A stretch of DNA of 64,000 bases from Convolutriloba macropyga (taxonomy: Eukaryota). Numbering within the stretch: the stretch's first letter is position 1; the number at the start of each line of letters is the position of its first letter. The notes under the pieces were generated by a model. That model searched no databases and was not told the DNA's origin. It saw nothing but the letters and a program-made list of their open reading frames with translations. Below are positions 1 through 13,244 of this stretch, piece after piece. Where the stretch lies: contig NC_134468.1 of assembly GCF_964194025.1 (NCBI RefSeq), forward strand, positions 38,254,001 to 38,318,000, written 5' to 3'. The position numbers were made by a program, and so were the translations under genes.

Positions 1-348
1 CTGATACTTGGCTATCTAAACAGTAGGCCAAGTAATATTGTGGTAGATTAGAGCACAGAAGGGTGAATTCTCTTCTAATTACCAAGTGAGAGGAGTTGTT
101 GAAAAGATCTGCATTTGATTATTTTCAAATTCTTAACTGAGGATAACATTGAGAAAAAAAAATGAAAAAAGGGTCGAAACATTTTGTACAGTCGCACATA
201 ACCGATTCTCATCGTTGTTTATTGTAGCCGAGACTGACTTTTTTAATGTGTCATTTTTCATAACTTCTTATTATAAAAGTCTTAATTTCAAGGAAAGAAT
301 CTTGCAACTATTGTTTCTCCATTGCAAGGGTTGTAAAGCAGTACTCAC

Positions 349-390
349 TTTTTGAACTTTTGCCCATTCTGCAGAAACTTCTGTCCTTGA
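349..390 (-). other. Possible 42-bp exon (SRTEVSAEWAKVQK) of an unidentified gene
   Basis: Minus strand reads ...attattcag | 42 nt open in phase 0 | gtgagt, giving a canonical acceptor and donor. No partner exon was identified, so this could be chance. Confidence 0.2.
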
Positions 391-2956
391 CTGAATAATT
401 CAAATCTGTGTCTGCCAATCAAAACTTTGGGGAAGCATATTATAAATAAGAAAGGAGGACATTTAATATTTAATATCAAAATAGCAAAGAAACAATGATT
501 TATGAAGTCTAATCCTGCGGTGATATGGGCAGGATCCGTTTATTAAAGAGAATATTAATGCAGAGCAGTCTGAGTTAAATTAAGAATTAAAATCCATCCA
601 AATAACAGCAAACATTTCAAAAATATTCCGGAGCTATGTTTGAATAGGAGCCAAAAGAAATTTCTCTTTGACTACTTTTCCTTGGTATGTTTGTGTTACA
701 ATTCATTACAAGAATATTTTCCAACTGCTTTTGTGTGAACGCAAACATACTCGCCAAATACCATGTGAAATATTTTATATTACATGGTGTACATTTTGTA
801 CATGGTTCTATGTACAGACAAATAGACGCTTTTTAATAATTGCCGATGTTACAGATAGTGTGGAAAAGTAAACCGATGCCATTAAATTTCATTTAATTTT
901 GCTCCAAATTTGGATAAAAAAGCTGATAGACGAGTAAAAATTAGTAACAGTGGATAGCCGGTTGCTGAAGTAAAGTATTGTGCTTAGTGTATTATGGTGC
1001 TTAAATGGTGTATTACTGTGTCTTTTAAACACGCTTTTCAAATCAGTATTAAACGGTTACTCAATAGCCGTTTACTTAAGTTCAATTGTGTATATGTATG
1101 AACTGAGATAATACAAGACTAAATAAATGAAGATTGAGTCTCTTTTACAACAAGGTCAACGGTTCTATTTTGAAACGGTGTCACAAAGCAGGTCGTATTT
1201 GAAATCCCTCAATATTTGTTGGTAAAAGTGGTTCTCCATTTAAGATAACCATCCATTTATGGAAATTTCACCAATATATCTACCGATTTGATTTAGATAT
1301 ATTTGTAACTACAATCAAAGTCATAAATTTCAACGCCTTAGGTCTTTAAAGTATCACTTTTAGCTATCATTACCCATATGATAAAATACATGATATCGTA
1401 TCTAGTAGTTTAATAAATTGGTATTTAAATTACAGGAAGTGAACAGATATTTAAAACAATCAGATTTCTTGTAAGTTAAAAATGGCCCAATTGGCCGCCG
1501 ATAGATGTTTGCTTTTGTTCTTCAAGTACACATGGGGCTATTGTGATATTTTGCGCAAGTGAAACACACGTGAATGAAAGTATAGGTTTTTGCGTCGCTT
1601 CAGTTATTTCGCTCAAATTTTCATTCAATTCGCTGGATTGTTCAAACTTCACTTTTGCCTGTCAAAGCCAGAATTCTCAATTTATATAAAGTACACATAT
1701 AGAGCGTGGCTGAAAGCTTTTCACAATAAATCTTTTGAATTTGGTGTCTATAAAAGAATGGTGAGATTGAAGCAAAGCGTGAAATTTTGTGCGTGAATTT
1801 GTTGATTCAAAGTTAGGTTTGTTTGTATGGTGGTTGAAGTAAATGTCAAAAAGCAAAGCATAGTTTTGCTCAGTTTTATTCAGTTGGATCTAAAATGCAT
1901 TCAAGCTGAAATTATTGCCGATAATTTTATGGGATTGAGGAAAAATTTATGGGCCTAGATTGGTAAACGGAGAGTGGTTGTGGGGGAAACTTGAGAGAGG
2001 AAAAATGGGGTCAATTCAGAACTGCAGCACCATATGCTAGACCTATTTACATGTGAAAAGTGAATCGCGTTCACCTATGTCAATGTCGCGATATGAACAA
2101 TTGGTGCAGCCGCATGAACACTTTCGATCTTGAGAGATATAATTTATAATCAGAACAGACAGAGAAGATCACTGCTTGATATAATTAAGCGCCGAGTGGA
2201 CTAATTTTGGAAAAAAAATAATGCATAGAAAGGAGAAACAGTTGGAAAAGTGATATGGAGAGTAAATACTTGATCTCGAAAGTAGTTATCAGTTTACATC
2301 ATCATATTACTTGTACGGTTTCGAAAAATATTTGGTTATAATGTTTTGGGTGTTTCTTTGATTGGTTAACGCATTCTGCTACAAACCACCCTAGTTGAGA
2401 AGGCTGACGAAGAGACCGTATTGACCGATATTGACTATAAAAATACATTGGCTCCAATCAAATGATCAGAGTTGACCATGGGTCGGCCACAAATTGACGG
2501 CGTTGAGTATTGGTCGACAAATAATTACCTGACCTGCGTTGACAAACTTTTGACTCAAAACGAGAGAAAAGTTCAATTCAGCCACCCACGAATCGGAAGA
2601 TTTCAATAATTTATTTAGCAGAAAAATATTTTTGCATGAAAAGATTATGGATTGAGGGTATTAGGTGTGAGAAGAACGCAGGTCGACCTATGGAAAGACT
2701 ATAAGTTGGACATATTTGGTTATAAAAAGACCGTCGGTCAACGTATCAAATGATCATTGTATATATTATCAATTCAATAAAGATTACCACAAAAAAAGTT
2801 TTCCGATCTTGCAATGCTTGGAAAATTTAAAAACCAATCAAAAGAGTTTTTAGAACCGGAGCGAGTAAATGGTACTCTTTCTGGTATGAATTGATCGGCA
2901 AAATTGAACTTATGGTCGGCCCCCTAAACTGAACAAAAATAAGAACTCTAAGCACT

Positions 2957-5900
2957 TTATTGTTCCGACCCCACTTGTGGGGGGTGGAACTATATACTCA
3001 AATCGGGGTGTTTTTTTGTTCACACAATTTTGGCCGATCGATATTTTCATCGTAGAGAAATGTGAGTGGTATCATTAAAACGCTCGTCCAGCGTAGAATT
3101 CAAAACTAAAAAGATTTTTTTTTAATTTCGTCTTATTCGAAGAGTTATCGAGGATTGAAGTTTTGTGTGATCACGCGATATTTGGCATGATTTTGTTCAT
3201 TTTTAGTGCAATATTTCTTCAAATAAAGGTATTTTTTTAAATTATTAATTCAAAATGAAATTTCACGCCACAAAATGAAACAATTTTGAGTTCCTAATAG
3301 ACGAAAAGCGATAAAAAAGACTAGTTCTGGTCTCATTAGGAAGTTTACTATCAAAACAAAATTCGCGATTCTATTTGAGAGCTCTTTTTCAGAATGCTTT
3401 TCATATATTTTTTTTGTTTTTTTGGGTCACCTAGAGACCTAGGTCTTTTTTCATATCTAAATTTTGTTAATAGCAAGATCGATTTACATTCAAATGAAGC
3501 CAATTTGGCTTCGACTCTGAGGTTTCATAGTTTTAAACGTAATTTTCGTTTCCTTTTGAAGTTTTTTTTTAAATTTTGGAGTCCTTTGGCATAGTCCTGT
3601 TGACTAAGAGTGCATTAGGTTTCGTATTGACCATAAAGTGAACCTATCTAGAGCTTTCAGTGGACAGCTAATATAATTTTTCGAAATTTTTTTTAACATT
3701 AACCAAGCATAAACTTATTTTCATGAATTGTACGTCCCTCTTGGCAATGACAGGACACACCTCTTTTTCTACGGCAAACTAAATAATCCGATTAGCGGTT
3801 TTTTTCTATCTATTTGTTATATGACTTCAAGGCAAAAAGATTTCAAATACTTTTTAAATTTTGGGATAGTTTCTAAATATTGGTTCCTCTTGAAATCTGT
3901 TCACTTTATCCTGATATTGATTTCGCCCATTGACTTTCAGACAACTTTTAGTGGATTATAGATAAAGAAATTCAGAGAAAAGCATATGTTTTATGCATTC
4001 GTTTTCGCCTGTAATTGTTGTTGATTCCATAGTCATGAGACTTATTGTGATGTCTTACTGATTACCTATGCCTGACAAAAATTTTTGTCCTCTAATTGAG
4101 GCATGCGCACCAATTGTGCATATTTATTGATTTCCGTTGAAAACTATTAATATTAATGGCTGTTAAGACTTAAAAAACTAATTTTTCGGAAATTTTTTTT
4201 CGAAAATTAACCAATTTTTAACTTATTTTCGGGAACTGTTAGTCAGTATAGGTAATTAGTGGAACTCTTTTGTTTCTAATTTAACAAAAATTTATCTAGT
4301 TAGTAGTTTTATCATCTAACTGTTGGTGTTATGACTTCGATGCACGAGTTTTTATAAATTTTTTGGATGACATTTTCTGAATTTTGGTTTCTTTTCGAAT
4401 TTTATCACATTAACCTAATATTGATAGTTGCATAAGTTCTGAGATATCTTTCAATGAATCCTACATAAAATTATCAGAGAAATGGCTTCGGCACTTTCTT
4501 CTCCCACTTTTCTACTTAATTTTTAGATTTTGCCTATTTTTGTTGACATTTTCATGGTCAATGACTTAATGTAATTGTAATGTCTTATTTATGAGCTAAA
4601 AAACATCCTTGTTTTCTTATTGAGGTGTAAGTTAGCGTATTTATTAGCTTCTGTTGAAAGCTATTGAATTTAATGGCGTTGATACTATGGGCTTTCTCAA
4701 AATATTCGTGGTGTTAATCTATTTGTTCATATTTGTTGATTTATTGGAGTCAAATTGTGAAAGGAAAAACGTTATTGTTCTTCAAGAGCTATTTGAAATC
4801 AGACATATTCTTACAGAAAAGTTCAATTTTTTTTGGCTCCAACACTTTTCTAGCTCAACTTTTTTTTGAATTTGCTGTTTTTGCTTCTTTTTTATTCCTT
4901 AAGTAGTTGTAAAATGCTGACCGGTCCCAAAAGCTTGTAGTTGAGGATTAATTGAAGGATGTTACTGAACGCAGTTATTTTATTGTGAATAGTCTTAAAG
5001 TTTATAATATTATACGTTTTTAAGATTTTTCAGGATTTTTCAGTTTTTCAGGTTTTTTGTTGTTTTCATTCGTCAATTTGTAACTTACTCTCATCACTGA
5101 GATATCCAATCCAGTTCTATTTTTTGTAGAAAATGAAATCTTTTTCTGATTTTGTGACGTTACTGATGTTGTGTTTGCTGGACAATATGAGTTTTTATAC
5201 AAAGTTATGTAAGTGGTTTGTTTTTGTTTTTTTACTTATCTTTAGCACAATCGCGTAATAACAGATCCTAACGATTTTCAAATGTGGCCCAAATGAATTT
5301 AATTATTCAATCGGTAAAATTTGTAGCTGAATTAGTTTAAATTGAAATAAAAATATATAATATTCAGATAATAGCTAAGGATTTTAATGGCTCCACTAAT
5401 ATGTTTTTTTCGCAAATTGTTTAACACTTTTTTGAGATTTTCTGAATCCTTAGTTTGTACCTACGGCTTAGTCTAACCAAAGACAAGTCCTATTGTTTTC
5501 ATAGTGAATGATTAATAAACTTATCAAGAAATATTTTGTTAAAAGCCAAGCATCATTAAGACTTTAGAAATTATTTGGTTTAAAAAATGTTGATTGATTT
5601 TTGAATTTCGCCTCTCTATTTTTTTGTCGACTTGTTACCTAGTCTCATTAATGAAACTTTGCATCTTCTGTATAGTAAGAAAAGAGTAAGTTTATGTAAA
5701 ATAAGGTTTTATCCGATTGTAATTTGACGTTGTTACTAGGTGCTTTTAAATTAAGATATTGAATTTTACCGTGAAATTTTCATTTTGCTTTTCTTTTTTG
5801 TTGTTGTTTTTTTTCTCGTGGTCTTTTTAATGGCAGATCTTGTGGTAATGAGGCATAAAATTATTTAATTCAATTAATAGTTTGGTTGTGCAACGATTTT

Positions 5901-6030
5901 TTAAAACTCAATCATCTATTTTTGATTATCTCTTTGCAAAAATGTAAGTCAAAAGACAGTTAAGTCAAAAGTGTAGATGAGCGCGGGTCGGAACATCATG
6001 TGCAAACGCACATTAACGAGAATCCTTGTT
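2957..6030 (+). mobile_element. Non-autonomous Helentron/DINE-1-like element (HINE), copy A
   Basis: The 5' end TTATTGTTCCGACCCC is followed by a nearby partial inverted copy GGGGTGGAAC. The 3' sub-terminal inverted repeat GGTCGGAAC (5986-5994) is followed by the hairpin ATGTGC-aaac-GCACAT (5998-6013) and the terminus CCTTGTT. The first ~200 bp are homologous to 51170 (+) and 55964 (-). No coding capacity seen. Confidence 0.7.
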
Positions 6031-6374
6031 AAGTATATGTTAGAACACAAATCTTAGTCGCCCCAAGAACTAAGTATCCTGACAGGAGACGAAGGCGGAC
6101 TAGCATTTAATCATGTTCTAACTTATTCAAAGATTCATAGGGTAAAATTTTAGGCTCTTTTTGTAAACACGTGAGATTGCGTCAAAATTTTGCAAATGCG
6201 AGAGGGTTCATACATATTGTACTTAGCGAGCCAATTTGTACAAGGCGAGCGAAAAAAACTTAGGAGGGCGACAAGAAATGCCCAAAAATGTAGATATGTG
6301 CACAATAAAAAGTAATTTTATTGCGTACATATTTTTAGCGCGCGTTTTTAAAACTCAATTGAAAACTCTTCGAC

Positions 6375-9085
6375 TAAGTTGAACTCCCTCGAGGCCTGAC
6401 CATTTTCCCTCCTGATTTTTTAATTGACTCTGTTATGTTGGATTGACCTTGAGGAATGTCGAGAGGTTTAGTTGTGCAGGAGCAAAGTGTGTTCACTGAG
6501 TTTTCTGGCAAATCTAATCTAATTAAGCGACTAAAGTAGATGTCCACAATTACAGAATTGCAATCCAACCAGAAATCAAATGTATTTAAATAACTATAAA
6601 CTCTTTTTCGAAAAAAATTCTTTTGATTGTCGACAGGGCACGGGCTCCAAAAACAGCTAAAGCATCGGAAAAGAAAAAGTTTTAAAAAACAATTCTTTTC
6701 CCTATTTTTTGGCTTCGAAACAATCCTAACACATGAATATATATAAAACTCATTTAAAACGTCAAGCTATTTAATATTGAAAAATACCTATTCGATTTTA
6801 TTAGTTACACTAACGACCAAGTGAAAAACTCCATTAAAAGGAGAAAAAGTAACCAATTTACAGCAGCAGTTCAGAAGCAAATGCGGTTTAAGCATACTAA
6901 AAAAGTAGTTGCCAAAAACAATAAATGTGTGAAATTTTTTGCAACAAAAAACCGATCAAAATTGTTATCAATTATTTGAAGTAGAAAGACAGGAAAAAAA
7001 CTTTATAGCGTAAAGTAAAAAAAAAACTGTTTTCTCACTCAAGCGACTTCGAAGCTGTAAAAACAATTGATAAATTATCAATCAAGTCAACTAGATTTGC
7101 TTAATTTCTAAACGCGACAAATCCATTTTGAGCTAATTTTTTCTGATAAGGTATGCTGACAGAATAAAAAAAACATCAATTGCAGGAAAATTTGAGGCCT
7201 TCACTTATGATTCATGAAATCAATGTTATAAAAAACATTATTCATCAACTGCAAAGATTGAAAACAATCAAAAAGACTTGTTAGTTCTTATGAAACCAGC
7301 AGAACTTTTTTTTTCGTGAAGCTAACGGCAAAACTAAAAAAACAGCCGGAAATATAAAAATAAAAAAGTTGTGAAACCACGTTGTGTCTAAGTCAGAAAA
7401 CCTGAACTAAAAACTGCAGATATTAAATATATTTATTTTCATTCCTTTCAGAAACACAATGGAATCCAGAATGGATTTGTCTTAAAACTATTCAGCGACA
7501 GAACACAGAAGGAAAAGTTTATAAGCGTTTACCTTTGTTACCTAGGTGTAACAATTGAACTAGGTGAAAAACGTCACAAAATTTAATTTTGACAACACCT
7601 ATTTTTTATTTGTTAGACAAAGTAATCGACTGAAACAACTCCAACAAACGAAAAAAAATAGTAAGGAGTCCACTGCAACAGTTCTGAAGCAAATGGGATT
7701 TAAGCATTGCAAAATGTACTCGCAAAAATTAAAATTTATGCCCAGCCTAATTGCAAAAGAAAGACGATGGAATATGTTTCTACAAATTTAAAGTGGAGAG
7801 GCAACACAAAATCTTTGAACTGTGAAGTCCAAAAAAACTCTCTTTTTACTCAAGCAGCTTGGAAGCTATATAAACAATTGATAATCAATCAAACACGTTG
7901 ATTAAATTTGCTTAGGTCTTGTACACAAACGAATTGGAGCTTTCTTTTCTGAAAACGTTTGCTGAAACTATAAAACAAGAACAATAAATGCAGGCAATAC
8001 TGAAAAAACTTCATTGAAAATGAAGTTCTCCGTACCAAAACTTGGCAGAAATTTCCTTTTTATATCACGTTTTGCAAAAAAAAACAACTATAAAAATAGT
8101 TGTGTTTTAAAAAAGTCTTTCTTTTACCGAATAGGAAGCATCATTTTTTTAGATATCATCATGAACGTTTTCTTTGACAGCAAACAATTTTTTAAAAAGA
8201 TATTTTTTGTAATACAGTTTTCTAAAAACGCATCTTCCAAGTTTTTGCTATATTTTTTGTAAATAGAGCGTCATCCGGTAAAAACAAACTAGTTTTTTAT
8301 TTCCTCGTTTTGTCTTGCTTGGGTCAAAAAGATTCGTTTGTTCTTATAAAAACTAGTGGATTCTGTCTTTAGTGAGGCTACAAAGCAGCAATAAAATAAG
8401 GATAAAATTAAAAAAGTTAGGAAACCACGTTTGTCTGAATCGGAAAAATCTTTAGCTAAAATTGCAGAAATTAAATAGGTTAAATAGATTTGTTTGGAAA
8501 CACATTAAAATTTGGTGGGATTTTTCAGAAAACTACTCAGTGACAGGACAAAGAAAGAAATGTTTTTAAGCTAAATATTTTTCATAGTTTCCTTTTTTAA
8601 AAAAAAATCTTGCATCTTACCAATACCATTTGAGAAAAATAAAAAAAATGTTTGAAATAAATTTTTTTCCAGTTGAATTCAATTTATGAGCTACTGAGTC
8701 ACATTAGAAACAAATAGACTTCATCACTAATAGTTTGGAATTTTAAATTGATGTTTCGTACGGAAAGTCTTCAAAAAATAAATCGGAAAAACTTCAACCA
8801 AGTTGAACTGCCTCAAGAATTTTTTCCCGCTCATTTTTCCCTACTGATTCATTGATTAACTCTGCTATATAGACTTGAAATTTTTCAATTCCGAGAGTTT
8901 TAGTTTTGGCTGATTAAATGTTTTTGATTTCTCTAAAAATTTAGCGTAGTTAGGCGAACACACGTTTTTCGTGATTGATTAAAGAGACTATAAAATGGCT
9001 CAGGATTACAATCCAAGCAAAAATCAAATTCAAAAAAGACTATGTTGTTTTAATAAACTAGCTTTTGATTGTAGACAGGGCAGGG
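6375..9085. repeat. Old diverged direct duplications (6375-6640 ~ 8800-9085; ~7030-7530 ~ ~7840-8570)
   Basis: Shared blocks include aagttgaact..cattttccct..ctgatt, cttttgattgt.gacagggca, actcaagc..cttngaagct.t..aaacaattgataa and gaaaccacgtt..gtct. Confidence 0.65.
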
Positions 9086-9528
9086 GGATGGAAATGTAAA
9101 CTGAAGTCATTAAAAACGTCGAAATAATTAATCTTGACAACACCTACTATTTTATTAAGCGGATTACGTTTCTATTACAATCCAAGCAATAATCAAATTT
9201 AAAAAAATGACCAGGTCATTTTTTTTTAAAAAAAATAGCTTTGGATTGTAGATAGGACAAGGGGGCTGGAAATGTAAACTAACGTCATCAAAAATGTCGA
9301 AATAACTAATCTTGACAACACCTACAATTTTATTAAGCGTATTACATTTCTATTACAATCCAAGCAATAATCAAATTTAAAAAAACGACTAGGTCATTTT
9401 TTTTTAAAAAAAATTGGCTTTGGATTGTAGATAGGACAAGAGAGCTGGAAATGTAAACTGAAGTCATTAAAAAACGTCGAAATAATTAATCTTGACAACA
9501 CCTACTGTTTTATTTAGCGTATTACATT
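9006..9528. repeat. Tandem repeat, 3 copies of ~170-178 bp
   Basis: The unit ttacaatccaagcaa.aatcaaatt...aatcttgacaacacctac starts at 9006, 9175 and 9353. Confidence 0.9.
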
Positions 9529-10099
9529 TGTTGGGAGGGGAATAATGGTAACCAGGCAACAGTCGTACCCCGTCAATCTGAACCAGAGCCTTTCATTGAT
9601 GGAACTTCCTATAAATCGACCATTTTTTACTATAAATAGACATTGCTCGAACGTTTTTTACATACAAATATAATTGAAAATGTTTCTCTAACAAAACTGT
9701 TTAAAATGTTATTATCAAAACCAAACTTTCCGAAGTTTCCAACGCTTTTAGTTCCAAAGTGTATAAATTGTTTTGTTCAAAATTTTATCAAGAGTCAAAA
9801 ATTTCCAATCGGTTGGCCCGCTTCTACCAAAGTGATTAATCCAAATTGTAAGTTCGGAGTAGGGAAACAAAGTCAAAAAGATGAAACTACATGCTTAAAG
9901 GAAAAGCAGAGACTTTTATCTTTGCAAGTACCACCAAAGTTATCGGTGAGTTTCTGGTAGTTTTTCGATAAAAGTGATCAGATGGTTTTTTTTACCACTT
10001 TCATCGCTTTGACCTCAATTGTTAAATAGTTTCTTTTAACAGCTCAGTCGATAGAAATTAGTGATAACTGAGCGGTGAAACTTTGTATGGTTTACGAGT

Positions 10100-11860
10100 T
10101 TTAGCCGTTTTTCTTCGCCACTCTCAGCATATTCACCACTATTCTTACAATTTCTTAAATTATTTTCCGCTTTGAAGATATTTGGCGAACTTAGCAGTAA
10201 TTTGTTTTATATTTGGACTCAGTGTTTAGCAACGCATTTACTGCATTCAGCGCTAAAAACCACAACTTTTAGATCAATTAAACTCATTCATTAATGTTCT
10301 GACATTTTAAAACCAATTTCTGGCATTGGTCCTTCGAGCCAAAAACAAACGAACTTTGTTGTATTCATTTGATGTCGAGGTTTTATGTAAAGTTAAGTAA
10401 AACTCCTTGTATAGACAAATTTGGTCGATAACGGTTTTTATTACAATTTGATTTGATATTTATGAGAGCAGCCTTATAGATAAGTATTTTGAGGAAACTT
10501 TGAAATAATAAATTAACACAAAATAAATTGAAATATTTTTGAGTTCAAGGTATGTTTTGATAAATTTTCTTGACCAAATATTTATTTTTAATTAGAAGTT
10601 AAATATTGTTTGATACTTTTTTTCTGGTATCCTAGAGAAAGCACTTTTCTACGCCACATATTGATCTCCCATAAACTTACTCTTAACCAAATCTAGTCCG
10701 CACTCACTGGCATACAATAATTAGAATTCAGGTTTACCACCCGCTTGAGCATCACTAAAAAATCCAGTCTCCAGCCTCCGCACTTTTATTCTACTGGGAT
10801 TAAAAGAGCTAATTGTTTATATTTGAGACTATTATAATAATTTTTTTAAAGAAATAAAATTACCGGCCAACGTTTGTTTTTTCTAACTCTGAGACTTGAA
10901 AACAAATCCATCCATTGAGGTTTTTGAGAAGCAACATAATTAATATTAGCTAAGCAGACCAAGGGATGGGGAGGTAAAAAAAAGACTTACCCATGCATTA
11001 AGACTATCACCAAAGACTTTTCGAAGGCGTGCCTCTTTAATAAACACATTAGTGAAAATATGAGAGATTTTACTGTTTACATAGCAAGTTTCAATGTATT
11101 GAAATTATCTATTTTTTAATTTCACCAGTTTCTGAAGATATATCCTATCTATTACGCGCTTGAGTGGACATGAGTCAGATGTTACCAAACATACCAAATT
11201 AACCAAATCCATTTCTCAAACATTATAAATGAGTACTCCCTAAATGCATAGCGAGCAGCATCTCTGACATCAACTCACAGGACAAAAAATTACAAGTTTG
11301 TTTTTTTTTTCGATTCTCCATTTTTCCCAAAACTTAAATAAAATTTTAACAAATATCGACCCAATTCAAAACACTTAACATATAACTTCCCCATTGCACC
11401 CAGAGGTTCCCAAAGTTATCCAATGATTCAATTAGGTGACATCATCTTTGTACGGGATAATTGAACTCAGATTATCAAAGTGTAGACCACATTTCCTAAC
11501 ATATGAACATTCTTTTTCAACGGAAGGGTGGAACGGTCCCAAACTCTCGTCATTGAAACTTTACAAATGAAAACGTCATAATAACTCTATAATTATGTCA
11601 CAATTACGTCATAACGATGTCACTTTTACGTTACACAATGAAAAGTCCAATTAATTGTACTACTCTACTTTGCCTCTATTTAGAATTCAAATGAACTATT
11701 TACCTATTTGCTTTATATTATATTCACTCTGATCAATCTTCTTTTCTTTACAATCCAGTAGTGTCAACTCTAAATCCTTCATCATCTGCAGGATGGCTTC
11801 CAATTTCCACTTGACGTGAACCTTTCTCCTTTAGAGATTAACGAAACAATCCATGACCGT
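10100..11860 (-). pseudogene. Possible degraded, intron-containing Mutator/MULE-like transposase
   Basis: Minus-strand fragments occur in the expected order: ECSYVRKC...LNH (~11520-11420, FLYWCH/zinc-ribbon-like), LLYASECGLDLVK (10720-10682, resembles the segment before the first MULE Asp) and PNLSIQGVLLNFT*NL (10424-10378, resembles P...I.GC.FHF.Q). Several splice-like sites are present. There are many stops and no TIRs were found. Confidence 0.35.
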
Positions 11861-12201
11861 CTAAAAAGGAGGGCTATTATAATGATGGTTTTAATTCATT
11901 ATTAGTACTTTAAATATTGTGATAGTAAATTGTTTCATGATGTTAACAGAGCTCAATTTGTTTTTAATAGTGCTCAGGTATTCTTCGCGTTCAGCTACAA
12001 ATATCTTTTACATCAAAAGATCAAATCTGAGAATCTAAATAAGAATATCGAAGCTCACTTCTTCTTGACCGTATTCAATGATGATGTAGTAATTAAAATG
12101 GCGAGATAAACCTATGTCACGTTGGTAGCTGAGACATTGTTCTAAAACCAGAGACAGTTTTTGTCCCCATTGTAGCTATAAAAATCACAACAAAATTCTC
12201 T

Positions 12202-12273
12202 TGTACTTTGCGAACAGACATTTCGCGAACAGACATTTGTAGATTGTACTTTGCGAACAGACATTTGTAGATT
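12202..12273. repeat. Short nested duplication (gcgaacagacattt x3)
   Basis: tgtactttgcgaacagacattt occurs twice, with an extra cgcgaacagacatttgtagat between the two. Confidence 0.85.
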
Positions 12274-12681
12274 GCTACATTAACTGCAAAACACACAAAC
12301 TTAACAGTCCCTGAAAAGATGAAATTAGCTGATCAAAACACGCTCCGTTCTCTGTTTTAAAATTGACCTGTAAAGCACTAATGAAACGCAATTTTTTGCG
12401 AGATGAAAATAAGAGGAAGCTAACTTTCATCTATAGTGTTTCTGACAAGGATGAAAAGAACCAGCAACAGATGCGTCAACAAGATTGTTATGAGTGGGGA
12501 AGGTCGGACAATGACAGCATAAATTTTTGCGGGTAGAGAAGAGGAGAACACGTTTGGGCTATCTTTTTGGTATTGCCCGAGGCAACTATAGTTGTTGATT
12601 GGATCCAAGGAAAGAGGCAAAAGCAGCCGTTGTTGAACTTTATAGCATGAGGTCAGTAAAAACCCACCCTATTTCATTAGT

Positions 12682-13156
12682 TGTCGTCTTCTGAATTTGT
12701 AACTAGGCTCAACAGTAAGGGGACACTGTCGCCCAGAAGATCGATCAAATAATATAAACCAAAGGTTTTGAGTTAGTGAAGCAAGCGTTACTTCGTTACT
12801 CTGCAATTTCCCCTCTTCCACTCTTGTATGCTTTTGCCAATTAGATTGCCTTGAAATAAATTAATTCACAATTGAGCTCGTAATATCAATTCTAGTTATA
12901 TGGATAACAAAGGTAAGAGAATTACTTGCACATCAAGGGAAAAGACAAATTCAAGACAATTTATATTAGTAATTAAAATAATATTACCAATACCGTGGTT
13001 CACTTTCCCAAAATGAGCTAGACCAAAAACGCTCACAGTATCCCAACTGGTCTTGCGATTACAATTCTTTTAAAGTTTAGTCCCACTAAACCAACTACTT
13101 TCTCTCGCTTGTTCTAAACCAAACTTCTGAAGTTCTCCCAAAATCACCAAAGTCTG

Positions 13157-13244
<88 letters not shown>

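Noticed and set aside
9529-12000. Possible LTR starting TGTTGGG after the ~175-bp array
   Set aside because: No matching CA end, TSD or second copy was found.
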